This document shows, in pieces, positions 56,791 through 64,000 of a DNA stretch of 64,000 nucleotides (positions are counted from its first letter, which is position 1; each line of letters opens with the position of its first letter). The notes beneath the pieces were generated by a model that was not told where the DNA came from, ran no database searches, and was given only the letters and a program-made list of their open reading frames with translations. The position numbers were made by a program, and so were the translations under genes. The stretch comes from a virus (taxonomy: Duplodnaviria; Caudoviricetes). The stretch spans positions 32,001-96,000 of the IMG/VR virus record IMGVR_UViG_3300005330_000015; one strand, written 5' to 3'.

Positions 56791-57147
56791 ATGAGCTATG
56801 AGGCTAGGCCGCCGCGCGATCCTGTTCGACTAGAACCCTGTGAACCAGGGCCCCGGATCGTCATCCCGCTTCGCGACCATGAGGAATGGTGGCTCAGCAT
56901 AGAGCAGGCCACCCAGCTTCGTGACGCTCTCGATGCCGCGCTGACCGGAACGAGCCAAGGAGTCGCGACATCATCGCGCTACCAGGCCGCATGCGCGATG
57001 ATCACGCGCGCAACGTACGAGCTATCTAGCCGTGCCTCTTCTGCGAGATGGCAAGGATGGACGATAGAGGAACGGCAAGCGCTCGCTGACGCCGCATCGA
57101 TAGGTCAGGCGAGAGAACTGGCCGGCGACCCATGGAGCGACGCATGA
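56791..57147 (+). CDS. hypothetical protein
   Basis: TATGAT-N7-ATG leaderless start. Confidence 0.55.
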   Translation: MSYEARPPRDPVRLEPCEPGPRIVIPLRDHEEWWLSIEQATQLRDALDAALTGTSQGVATSSRYQAACAMITRATYELSSRASSARWQGWTIEERQALADAASIGQARELAGDPWSDA

Positions 57148-57593
57148 CGCGGTGCACTGGTCACTGCTGCAAGGCGTTCTGCTTACCGTTTTCGCCACAA
57201 GCGTTACGCGCACGCCTTGACGAAGACCGTGCCGGCGAGAAAGCACGTGGGGAAGTCGATGGTTCGTCAGGTTTGTGGGACGAGGAGCAGATCTACGCGA
57301 TGATCGTCTACCTCGGAGAGTTCACACCGCTTGAGGCCATGACGAAGTTCTGTACCCGCGTACCCGACGGCAACGAGGAGCCCAGCGGGCACTATTATAC
57401 GTGCAATAACCTAGCAGCAGACGGCAACTGCTCGATCTACGAGGCGCGGCCACATATGTGTCGCGACTATCCGTACGGCGAGCCTTGTCGCTATCAGAAG
57501 TGCACAGCGGAGCACCGAGGCGAACATTTCGAGCAGTCGAAGAAGCGGCGTCTTTCGCTGTTCATCGGAGACAAGGTGCCATCAGATGGCTGA
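57144..57593 (+). CDS. YkgJ-family (CxxCxxCC) Zn/Fe-S cluster protein
   Basis: CTGHCC...CNNL...CSIYEARPHMCRDYP. Confidence 0.8.
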   Translation: MTRCTGHCCKAFCLPFSPQALRARLDEDRAGEKARGEVDGSSGLWDEEQIYAMIVYLGEFTPLEAMTKFCTRVPDGNEEPSGHYYTCNNLAADGNCSIYEARPHMCRDYPYGEPCRYQKCTAEHRGEHFEQSKKRRLSLFIGDKVPSDG

Positions 57594-58431
57594 CGCGGCG
57601 ACCGGCATACAAGCCCGGCCGATCGTAAAATGGGCCGGCGGGAAGACCAAGCTCCTGCCCGAACTACTCGCGCGCATGCCTGATAAGTTCGGGCGCTACT
57701 ACGAGCCGTTTGCGGGAGGCGCAGCGCTGTTCTTGCGAGTGGCACCGAAACGCGCCGTGCTAGGCGATGCCAACGCTGATTTGATCGCGTGCTACCGCAC
57801 CATCGGCACTGATTGCGACGCCGTGCTTGACCTGCTTCGGTGGCACGCGGTTCGTCATGCACGCGACCACTATTTGGACATCCGGCGCGCATGGAACACG
57901 GATTCAATCAAGGGATGGCATCCTCCGGCTCGCGCTGCAGCACTCATCTACTTGCTGAAGACCAACTTCAATGGGCTCTGGCGCGTCAACCGGGCCGGAA
58001 AGTTCAATGTGGGCTGGGGCAAGCATAAGCGCTATACGCCTGACGTCGATGGACTGCGCGCCGCGTCCGCCGCGCTTGCTCGCGCCACCTTGCGGACCGG
58101 CGATTACCGCGCCACCGTGGCCGATGCGCGCCGCGGTGACTTCGTCTATTTTGATCCGCCGTACGACCGGACGTTCACGGGCTACACCGCAAGATCGTTC
58201 GGCCCCGAACAACAGCGCGAGCTCGCCGAGACACTACGGAAGCTCGTCGCGCGCGGCTGTAGTGTCATGCTGTCGAACAGCGATACGAAGCTGATCCGGT
58301 CGCTTTATAAGGGGCTCCGGATCTACCGCGTGAAGTGCCCGCGCGCGATCAACTCTAACGGCGCCGGCCGTGGCGAGGTCAACGAGGTTATCATCACCGG
58401 TGGCTACGAACCGCCAAGGAGAAAGCGATGA
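57586..58431 (+). CDS. dam: DNA adenine methylase (Dam/D12 class)
   Basis: KWAGGK, YYEPFAGGAA, FNGLWRVN..GKFN, YFDPPY, MLSNS. Confidence 0.93.
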   Translation: MADAATGIQARPIVKWAGGKTKLLPELLARMPDKFGRYYEPFAGGAALFLRVAPKRAVLGDANADLIACYRTIGTDCDAVLDLLRWHAVRHARDHYLDIRRAWNTDSIKGWHPPARAAALIYLLKTNFNGLWRVNRAGKFNVGWGKHKRYTPDVDGLRAASAALARATLRTGDYRATVADARRGDFVYFDPPYDRTFTGYTARSFGPEQQRELAETLRKLVARGCSVMLSNSDTKLIRSLYKGLRIYRVKCPRAINSNGAGRGEVNEVIITGGYEPPRRKR

Positions 58432-58907
58432 GCGAGTACGATGAGCGCAACCAGGACCACGTCTCCGCACTGGCGATTGCGCTCGGTGTCGGCCCGCTAC
58501 GATACGAGACGCACAAGCTCGGCGGATTGGGCTTCGTGGACTACCTCGTGTGCAGTACAACGGATGGCTACGAGTTAACAGTCGCGACGCTGTCGCCAGA
58601 CTCGCCCGTGTATAGCCACGATTTCAGGCGCTACGATCTTGGGATGCTCACGGCGCAGGTCTCGCGTGCCCTTCTTGGGCGACTCGCGGACTTGGCGCCA
58701 AGTGGCGCCGATGGATCCAGCGCACCGGTGTCTCCCTTGCATGCTGAGGTTGAACGTCTCCGGGCCGGGATCCGGCAGTGCGCAGCCACGCTCGTGCAAT
58801 GGGCCGTTACGTCAGGTGGTCACACCCCATCGGCGATCGTGGCTGGGAAGCTCAGGCAGCTCGTAGGGGATGAGCCTCCTCCCTCTATCGAGAGTGAGCC
58901 CGTTTGA
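58428..58907 (+). CDS. hypothetical protein
   Basis: AAGGAG RBS, ATGA overlap. Confidence 0.55.
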   Translation: MSEYDERNQDHVSALAIALGVGPLRYETHKLGGLGFVDYLVCSTTDGYELTVATLSPDSPVYSHDFRRYDLGMLTAQVSRALLGRLADLAPSGADGSSAPVSPLHAEVERLRAGIRQCAATLVQWAVTSGGHTPSAIVAGKLRQLVGDEPPPSIESEPV

Positions 58908-58912
58908 AAATG

Positions 58913-58984
58913 CAACCACTGCGCCAACGTAGCGCACCATTGACGCCATCAACCGCATAAAAACATTAACTTACGATGGCACGC
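58913..58984 (+). promoter_or_regulatory. conserved upstream element, copy 2
   Basis: aligns with 48642-48714. Confidence 0.7.
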
Positions 58985-59086
58985 CGCAAGCGGTCATCGT
59001 GGTGGATGACAACGTTAGCGCTCGAGAACAGCACGGACCATCGGAACGCCGCGATGGCCTGGACGGCCCCGCGACCAAGGAACCAC

Positions 59087-59803
59087 ATGTTTACCACCGC
59101 CGAATACCGCACACACTGGATCGACGCCTTGGGTCGCTGCTATGCGCAGCACTACCCATTTACCTACACCTACGACGCGCAACTGCGCCCGGTCGTTAAC
59201 CTCGACGAGGTAGCCGCCTGGCTCGCGCTCGCTCAGAGCCCGGAGATGCGGCGGCTCGCATTCCCGTCAGAGGGTTCCCGCGCGTTCTACGTCGGCCAGT
59301 TCCTGCGCGCCGATCTCCACGAGACCGAGCGAGAGCGGCTGGCGCCCCTGATCGCGGCAGAGCTAACCGACGATGTGCCGAGCTATACGATGCATGGCGG
59401 TCGCGACTGGCGCACCCCGTTCGTGACTATGCGCGAACAATGGCCGCTGCCTGCGCTCGGCGGACCTGCCGAGATCCGAAACCTCACCCCGCACGCAATC
59501 GTCATCGGTGAGATCACGATCCAACCGTCCGGCATTATCGCGCGCGCCATCGAAGAGAGCACATCGGCCGAGTCCATCATGACGCTATCCGGTCGGTCCG
59601 TGCCGACCACGACGACGCGCTACACCGACGTCGTAGACCTGCCTGCACCGCAGCCCGGCGTCTACCTCGTGGTGTCGATGATGGTACCTCCGGTCGCCGC
59701 CGCGCGTGGGCGTTGGACGGGCGACCTCCTGATCCCTGGGCAGCAGATGAGAGATAGCGCGGGCCACGTCATTGGATGCCGCAGCCTCAACAGGGTTGCA
59801 TGA
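59087..59803 (+). CDS. two-domain protein with C-terminal NLTPH-type conserved phage domain
   Basis: AAGGA RBS; NLTPH...LPAPQPGVYLVVS...DLLIPG...RD..G.VIGCRSL. Confidence 0.7.
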   Translation: MFTTAEYRTHWIDALGRCYAQHYPFTYTYDAQLRPVVNLDEVAAWLALAQSPEMRRLAFPSEGSRAFYVGQFLRADLHETERERLAPLIAAELTDDVPSYTMHGGRDWRTPFVTMREQWPLPALGGPAEIRNLTPHAIVIGEITIQPSGIIARAIEESTSAESIMTLSGRSVPTTTTRYTDVVDLPAPQPGVYLVVSMMVPPVAAARGRWTGDLLIPGQQMRDSAGHVIGCRSLNRVA

Positions 59804-60157
59804 TTACAGTCCAACGCCGCGCGCGAACCGTGACAGAGGGCTATTGACATCCGAGAGCTCCGTGAGCTGTTCGGCCTCAGTGAGCACGCGCCCATAGTCC
59901 TCGCACATCGCCTCGGCCGCCTTGAGCGAGATGGCTTCTTCTGGCACAAGGCAAAGTCCGACCTGTTCGCCGTACTTCGGTGCGCAGCCCTCGCAAATAT
60001 AGCCCACATAGCCCGAGCGCCGGCCCGGCTCGTCGCGGAACCCGAACTGCTTAGCGCACGTGACGCAGAACAGCGGGATCATCCATCGCCCTTCCCTGAA
60101 CACGCGCCCGCGAACCTCGCGCGTCGTGCAGATTGGCAAGATCTCGGGACCCGGCAT
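59804..60157 (-). CDS. Zn-ribbon protein
   Basis: FCVTC...ICEGC; TACCAT-N7-ATG. Confidence 0.6.
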   Translation of the reverse strand: MPGPEILPICTTREVRGRVFREGRWMIPLFCVTCAKQFGFRDEPGRRSGYVGYICEGCAPKYGEQVGLCLVPEEAISLKAAEAMCEDYGRVLTEAEQLTELSDVNSPLSRFARGVGL

Positions 60158-60180
60158 GGCGCTCATGGTACCGTAGATGC

Positions 60181-60957
60181 ATGGTGGATGGAACAACGAT
60201 TACCGACGCACAGATCAACCGCGTGAAGACATGGGCGATCGCGAACAGCGATACGCTCGTCGAGACGTGGTGCAATGTCGCCCTCGATCCCAACGCTGAT
60301 CCCGGCCTGCGCAACAAGGATCGCACCAAAGTGGCCGCGAAATACAACGACCTCTGGCCCGATCCACAGGATACGATCACCTCGACGTCGACCTGGGTGT
60401 GCCCCGACGGTGTCACACAGATCGCGGTCGAATGCTTCGGCCGCGGCGGTGATGGCGGGTCCTCGCTCAGCGCGGCCGGTGGTGGCGGAGGCGGTGGTGG
60501 GGCATATGCACGGCTCAACGCGCTCGCGGTTACGCCCTTCGCTAGCTACACCGTGACTGTGCCGAGCTCGGCCGGCTCGGATACGTGGTTCGGCTCGCCG
60601 AGCACCGTGCTCGCGAAGTGCGGAGCGAACGGTGGAAACGCTGCCCTGCTAGCTACGCCCGGTGTAAGCGGTGCCGGCGGCAACGCCGCCCACTGCATCG
60701 GCGATGTCACCTGGTCTGGTGGCGACGGCAGCGCGGGCACACTGCTCGCCGTAGGCGCGGGCGGCGGCGGAGCTGGCGAGGATGGCGATGGTGGCGACGC
60801 GAGCGGTACGACGGCGGGCACAGCTGGCCCGTTCGGAGGTGGTGCCGGCGCGTCATCCGGCGCAGGTACGATCAATGGTGGTGGCGGTGGCGCCGCTACT
60901 CTCATCGCCGGGACTCCAGGCGCCGGTGCGCGTGGCGTCGTGATGCTCTACTACTAA
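60181..60957 (+). CDS. glycine-rich virion-type protein with N-terminal TDEQI-like helical domain
   Basis: TWVCPDGVTQIAVECFGRGGDGG...GGGGAY...GARGVVML; TACCGT-N6-ATG. Confidence 0.7.
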   Translation: MVDGTTITDAQINRVKTWAIANSDTLVETWCNVALDPNADPGLRNKDRTKVAAKYNDLWPDPQDTITSTSTWVCPDGVTQIAVECFGRGGDGGSSLSAAGGGGGGGGAYARLNALAVTPFASYTVTVPSSAGSDTWFGSPSTVLAKCGANGGNAALLATPGVSGAGGNAAHCIGDVTWSGGDGSAGTLLAVGAGGGGAGEDGDGGDASGTTAGTAGPFGGGAGASSGAGTINGGGGGAATLIAGTPGAGARGVVMLYY

Positions 60958-60959
60958 CC

Positions 60960-60979
60960 GCTACCCCATCGCTACCCCA
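60960..60979 (+). repeat. GCTACCCCATCGCTACCCCA tandem box, copy 2
   Basis: identical to 39449-39468. Confidence 0.8.
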
Positions 60980-61021
60980 CCCGTACCCGATGACCGGGCG
61001 GGGAGTGGGTAGATTGATGGC

Positions 61022-61222
61022 ATGAACGCGATCCCGAACGTCACCCGGAACGCTGCCGACACCCTCCGAATGGCCCGTGAGCTCGACGTTCCCGGCGTGC
61101 TGGTCCGCCGCGGTCGCAAGTACGAGACCCGCACCTATCCGGTGCGCCTCGAGAGCGGCGCGCTCATGCAGGACCTGATCATCGCCCTGCCGGCCGAGCA
61201 CTACACGGGGTGCCGCCGGTGA
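61022..61222 (+). CDS. hypothetical early protein
   Basis: TAGATT-N6-ATG. Confidence 0.55.
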   Translation: MNAIPNVTRNAADTLRMARELDVPGVLVRRGRKYETRTYPVRLESGALMQDLIIALPAEHYTGCRR

Positions 61223-61513
61223 TGTCGCCCGACACCAAGCCCGGCTTCTACTACGTCTCGGTCATCGACAAGTCGAGCGGCCGGCGCGCTAGTTAGGGGC
61301 CCCTGGGTGAACAACCACCGCGGGGCGCTCGCCGCCGTCTATGCGGTCCGGTCCGAGGCTGACCGGCACGATCCGCGCGCGGTCTGGTACGCGTTCGGCA
61401 CGTGCCGCAGCGACGCCGACCTCGGCCCTGGAGCGCTCGGCGGTCCTATCGTAGTGCTGCGCTCCGGGCACGCCTATGCGGCGACCGCGCATCGACGCAT
61501 CGAGATTGTATGA
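61222..61513 (+). pseudogene. conserved phage protein, frameshift at ~61287
   Basis: PDTKPGFYYVSVID..GRR joins LVRGPWVNNH..AL...DPRAVWYAFGT in another frame. Confidence 0.6.
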
Positions 61514-61665
61514 ACTTAGCCGAGCGTCTCGCGATCTACCTGGAGGTCGCCGCCAAGCTCCGCGCCACAGGCGAGCGCGGTTCCGAGATCGCGGCGCTGC
61601 TGGTCGAGCAGCTGGCCTACGAACTTGCTACGGCAGGACTCCTGGTCCTGGCCGCTCCGGACTAA
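61510..61665 (+). CDS. hypothetical small protein
   Basis: ATGA overlap. Confidence 0.5.
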   Translation: MNLAERLAIYLEVAAKLRATGERGSEIAALLVEQLAYELATAGLLVLAAPD

Positions 61666-61703
61666 GCGGATCCGAGATCTTGGTTACGTCGTACGATTTA
61701 TCA

Positions 61704-61731
61704 TTGACACCGTCAACGCATGATGTACAGT
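61704..61731 (+). promoter_or_regulatory. leaderless sigma70-type promoter
   Basis: TTGACA-N16-TACAGT-N6-ATG; TTGACACCGTCAA palindrome. Confidence 0.85.
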
Positions 61732-61737
61732 AGGCAC

Positions 61738-61962
61738 ATGAACGGAACGCAAACGGTTGCCCTCGGTAGTCAGACATTCACGGTCGTCTCCGCTTCGTCC
61801 AATATCATCGAGCTTGCGGGCAAGCGCGGCGGTCGGTCGTCGATGACGCGCAATCTCAAGCATCCTTCGATGTGGGGACACATCGTTATGGCAGGCTACC
61901 GCGCAACCACCACTTGGTACGTTCGTAACGACGACGGAACCTTTACCAAGACGCAGTTCTAA
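61738..61962 (+). CDS. hypothetical early protein
   Basis: ATG at predicted +1; LAGKRGG motif. Confidence 0.65.
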   Translation: MNGTQTVALGSQTFTVVSASSNIIELAGKRGGRSSMTRNLKHPSMWGHIVMAGYRATTTWYVRNDDGTFTKTQF

Positions 61963-62049
61963 GATGGCCACGACCAGCACCAAGCGCGCCGGGTTCAACC
62001 CGACCACGGCAACCAAGCCGTATAGCCAGATCGGGCGTTTGAGACTTCC

Positions 62050-62457
62050 ATGAAGGAAACACCAGAGTTCAAAGTCGGCGACCGCGTTAAGCAACTTTCT
62101 GGTGACAAATGGCACCGACGTTGGGTTAACGGCCTAGTGACCGACGTTAGCCGCAAAGGGACGCTGAGCGTTAAGTTCGACGACGTCTCCGACGTCCAGC
62201 AGATCCGGCGAGGCAAGTACGGGTACGCGTGTCAGAAACTCTCAAAAAACGAGAAATCGGTCCTGGATTGGCTGAGGCAGAAGCCCAAAACGAAATTTGC
62301 TCGGCTAGAGAAGCCGTGGGGCCACGATGAGTTTGACAAGGTGTCAACTTCAATCGCACTGAGCCCAGACAATATCAGCTCGCTTATCGATGAACTCCAA
62401 TCGATCCGTAGCTGGTGGCTGAGTCGTCCTCGTGAACTAGCAGAGCACGACGAATAG
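62050..62457 (+). CDS. SH3/KOW-like protein (paralog of 535-873)
   Basis: FKVGDRV...SVKFD; DELQSIRSWWLSRP. Confidence 0.65.
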   Translation: MKETPEFKVGDRVKQLSGDKWHRRWVNGLVTDVSRKGTLSVKFDDVSDVQQIRRGKYGYACQKLSKNEKSVLDWLRQKPKTKFARLEKPWGHDEFDKVSTSIALSPDNISSLIDELQSIRSWWLSRPRELAEHDE

Positions 62458-62775
62458 ATGTATAAGCGATGAGCCGCCGGCCCCGAGCAGGCTCAGTTGC
62501 CAAGCCGGTCACCGTGGCGCTGTGCTGAACGCGCATGCCTCCGGCCTGATGCGGCGCCGCCGCCGGTGATCCTCCGGTACATCAGCGCCGTGTACCGGAG
62601 AAAGCCGATCGCCGATGCTGCACAACGCGCGCGACAGGAAGCGGCCAAGGCTGTGGCCGGCCCCAGATCGGGGCCGCTTATAGCCCGCAGCGCGGGCATA
62701 GGGCGTCACGATCGCTCTCGTCAGTGGCCCAACCTGCGCCGCAGCCGGAGCAGTCTCTCCTGACGATCGGAAGCA

Positions 62776-63213
62776 TCACGCGCCGGGAATGCTACCGGCG
62801 ACCACGAGAGAATCGTAAAGGAACGCGACCTTCGACTTGTCCTTGGGGTTCCCGCTGAGGGCCTTGACGCAGATGTTGTTCGCCAGCGCGAGCGCTTCCT
62901 CCTGGTCCTGCAAGGCGGTCTGCTGGTCCGCCTGCGCAGCCGTCACCTGGTCGGGCGTGCTATCCGGGCTGTCGATGATCGCCTGATCGGCGTCGATCTG
63001 CGTCTGGTCCGCATCGGCGCGGGCCTGCTCGAACGCCTGGACCTGAAGGATTTGTGCTTGGGTGATGGTGGCGCCAGTGACGCCTGGGTCGTCTGCCATG
63101 GCGACAACATGCTCCACTTGCTGAGCCGGGTCGACAGACCGTGCCGCGGCGTGATTCAACGTGGTGATGGCCATGGTTGCGACGATGAAGATGGGGAGAA
63201 CGACGTGTTTCAT
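62776..63213 (-). CDS. secreted Q/A/D-rich protein
   Basis: signal peptide MKHVVLPIFIVATMAI...AAA; TACCGT-N7-ATG. Confidence 0.6.
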   Translation of the reverse strand: MKHVVLPIFIVATMAITTLNHAAARSVDPAQQVEHVVAMADDPGVTGATITQAQILQVQAFEQARADADQTQIDADQAIIDSPDSTPDQVTAAQADQQTALQDQEEALALANNICVKALSGNPKDKSKVAFLYDSLVVAGSIPGA

Positions 63214-63233
63214 GGCTGGCACGGTAGCATAGT

Positions 63234-63806
63234 TTGCTGTTCGACCCGACACGCGATCTCAGTGATTATCGCACCGTGATCGACCAGCAACCGCCTGCCG
63301 TCTACTTGCGCGGAGAACCCACACCAGAGGAAGCCACGCTGGCACAGCTGTGCGGTTTGCACGCCGGCTCCCAGGTCCCCTTCTGGATGTTTGCCCGTGT
63401 CGCAGAAAGGACCCACTCGGTTTCGATCTGGGCCGGCACGCGTCGTGCGATCGAACGCAAGCTGCGGCGTTGGTTGATCGCTGGTGCAGCATTCGCGGCG
63501 ACGAACCTTGGCGGAGCGATTATCTTCGTCATGCACCGAGCCGAAGACAATGGAGCCGCACGAGAGCACGTCGCTCAGCTAGAGCGCGGGATCGAGCGCT
63601 ACCGCCAAGAGGCGGAGGCTCGCATCAGCGAACTGCGCGAGGACGTGCGCGATCTAAGGCGCGAGCTGCGCAAGGTGACAGGCGCCGATGCTGTCATACC
63701 CGGGGATAGTGCTGAGCCGTTCACCAGAAGTCTCATTCCGGACAAATATTCATCGATTTCCACACTAGGTCAGCGAGGATTGACGTGCGCTATGATTCCG
63801 AAGTGA
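63234..63806 (+). CDS. membrane protein with coiled coil
   Basis: one TM then heptads; start uncertain. Confidence 0.55.
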   Translation: MLFDPTRDLSDYRTVIDQQPPAVYLRGEPTPEEATLAQLCGLHAGSQVPFWMFARVAERTHSVSIWAGTRRAIERKLRRWLIAGAAFAATNLGGAIIFVMHRAEDNGAAREHVAQLERGIERYRQEAEARISELREDVRDLRRELRKVTGADAVIPGDSAEPFTRSLIPDKYSSISTLGQRGLTCAMIPK

Positions 63807-64000
63807 TTATTCAGTATCAACTGCGGCGTCTGCGGCTGGTTCCGGGCCGGCCTGAAGCGACGTAGAACAGTGACCGAATGAACAGAATTTGCACATGTTT
63901 GTTGGCACTTGAAATGGGTTGCACTCTTGATTGCTCACGCATAGATTGAAGCACGTCACTGTCTTCGGCGTGTCTTCTGTGCTGGTGACGCAACCAGCGA

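Noticed and set aside
39449-61740. CRISPR array or DGR suggested by recurring 20-57 bp repeats
   Set aside because: Repeats are kilobases apart, not regularly spaced; no cas or reverse transcriptase; mismatches are not adenine-specific
61963-62053. tRNA-like GGGTTCAACCC
   Set aside because: No cloverleaf; the region reads as a 29-codon ORF coupled to the next gene
63903-63925. Sigma54 promoter or CIRCE element (TGGCAC...TTGCA)
   Set aside because: Spacing is 10 nt rather than 5, and the CIRCE right arm is absent

Overview
High-GC (roughly 65% by eye) segment of a large tailed dsDNA phage or prophage; no host housekeeping genes, rRNA, tRNA, CRISPR array or integrase were seen. About 140 mostly small genes are chained by ATGA/GTGA overlaps. 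Layout: + strand accessory genes (1-6.3 kb); a - strand arm (6.1-18.5 kb) with a TerS-like gene, SLOG/MoCo-carrier protein, a ~440-nt structured non-coding region, a YqaJ exonuclease + putative annealase pair and a dCMP deaminase; a divergent switch with an XRE HTH at 18.5 kb; a + strand replication/modification arm (PD-(D/E)XK nuclease, SNF2 helicase, RusA-like, HNH, initiator, helicase loader/inhibitor, two MTase-like genes, DUF262, DUF488); a - strand lysis island (36.9-39.4 kb); early-type cassettes each fronted by a near-identical, apparently leaderless sigma70-type promoter (39.5-51.7 kb, 61.7 kb); a - strand virion island (51.8-55.9 kb); and Dam. Best candidates for new biology: (1) a phage-encoded minimal serpin (48735-49580) with recognisable hinge and reactive-centre loop, a possible CrmA-like inhibitor of host protease-based immunity; (2) an expanded small-protein family with constant ends and a hypervariable middle (TxxxLTDEQIR...ARxRIAAAINARAK), whose DNA tail forms a perfect 35-bp direct repeat around the serpin module and which is also fused to a virion-type glycine-rich protein; (3) the structured RNA candidate at 13.1-13.5 kb. 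All functional calls come from motif recognition by eye, not database searches.
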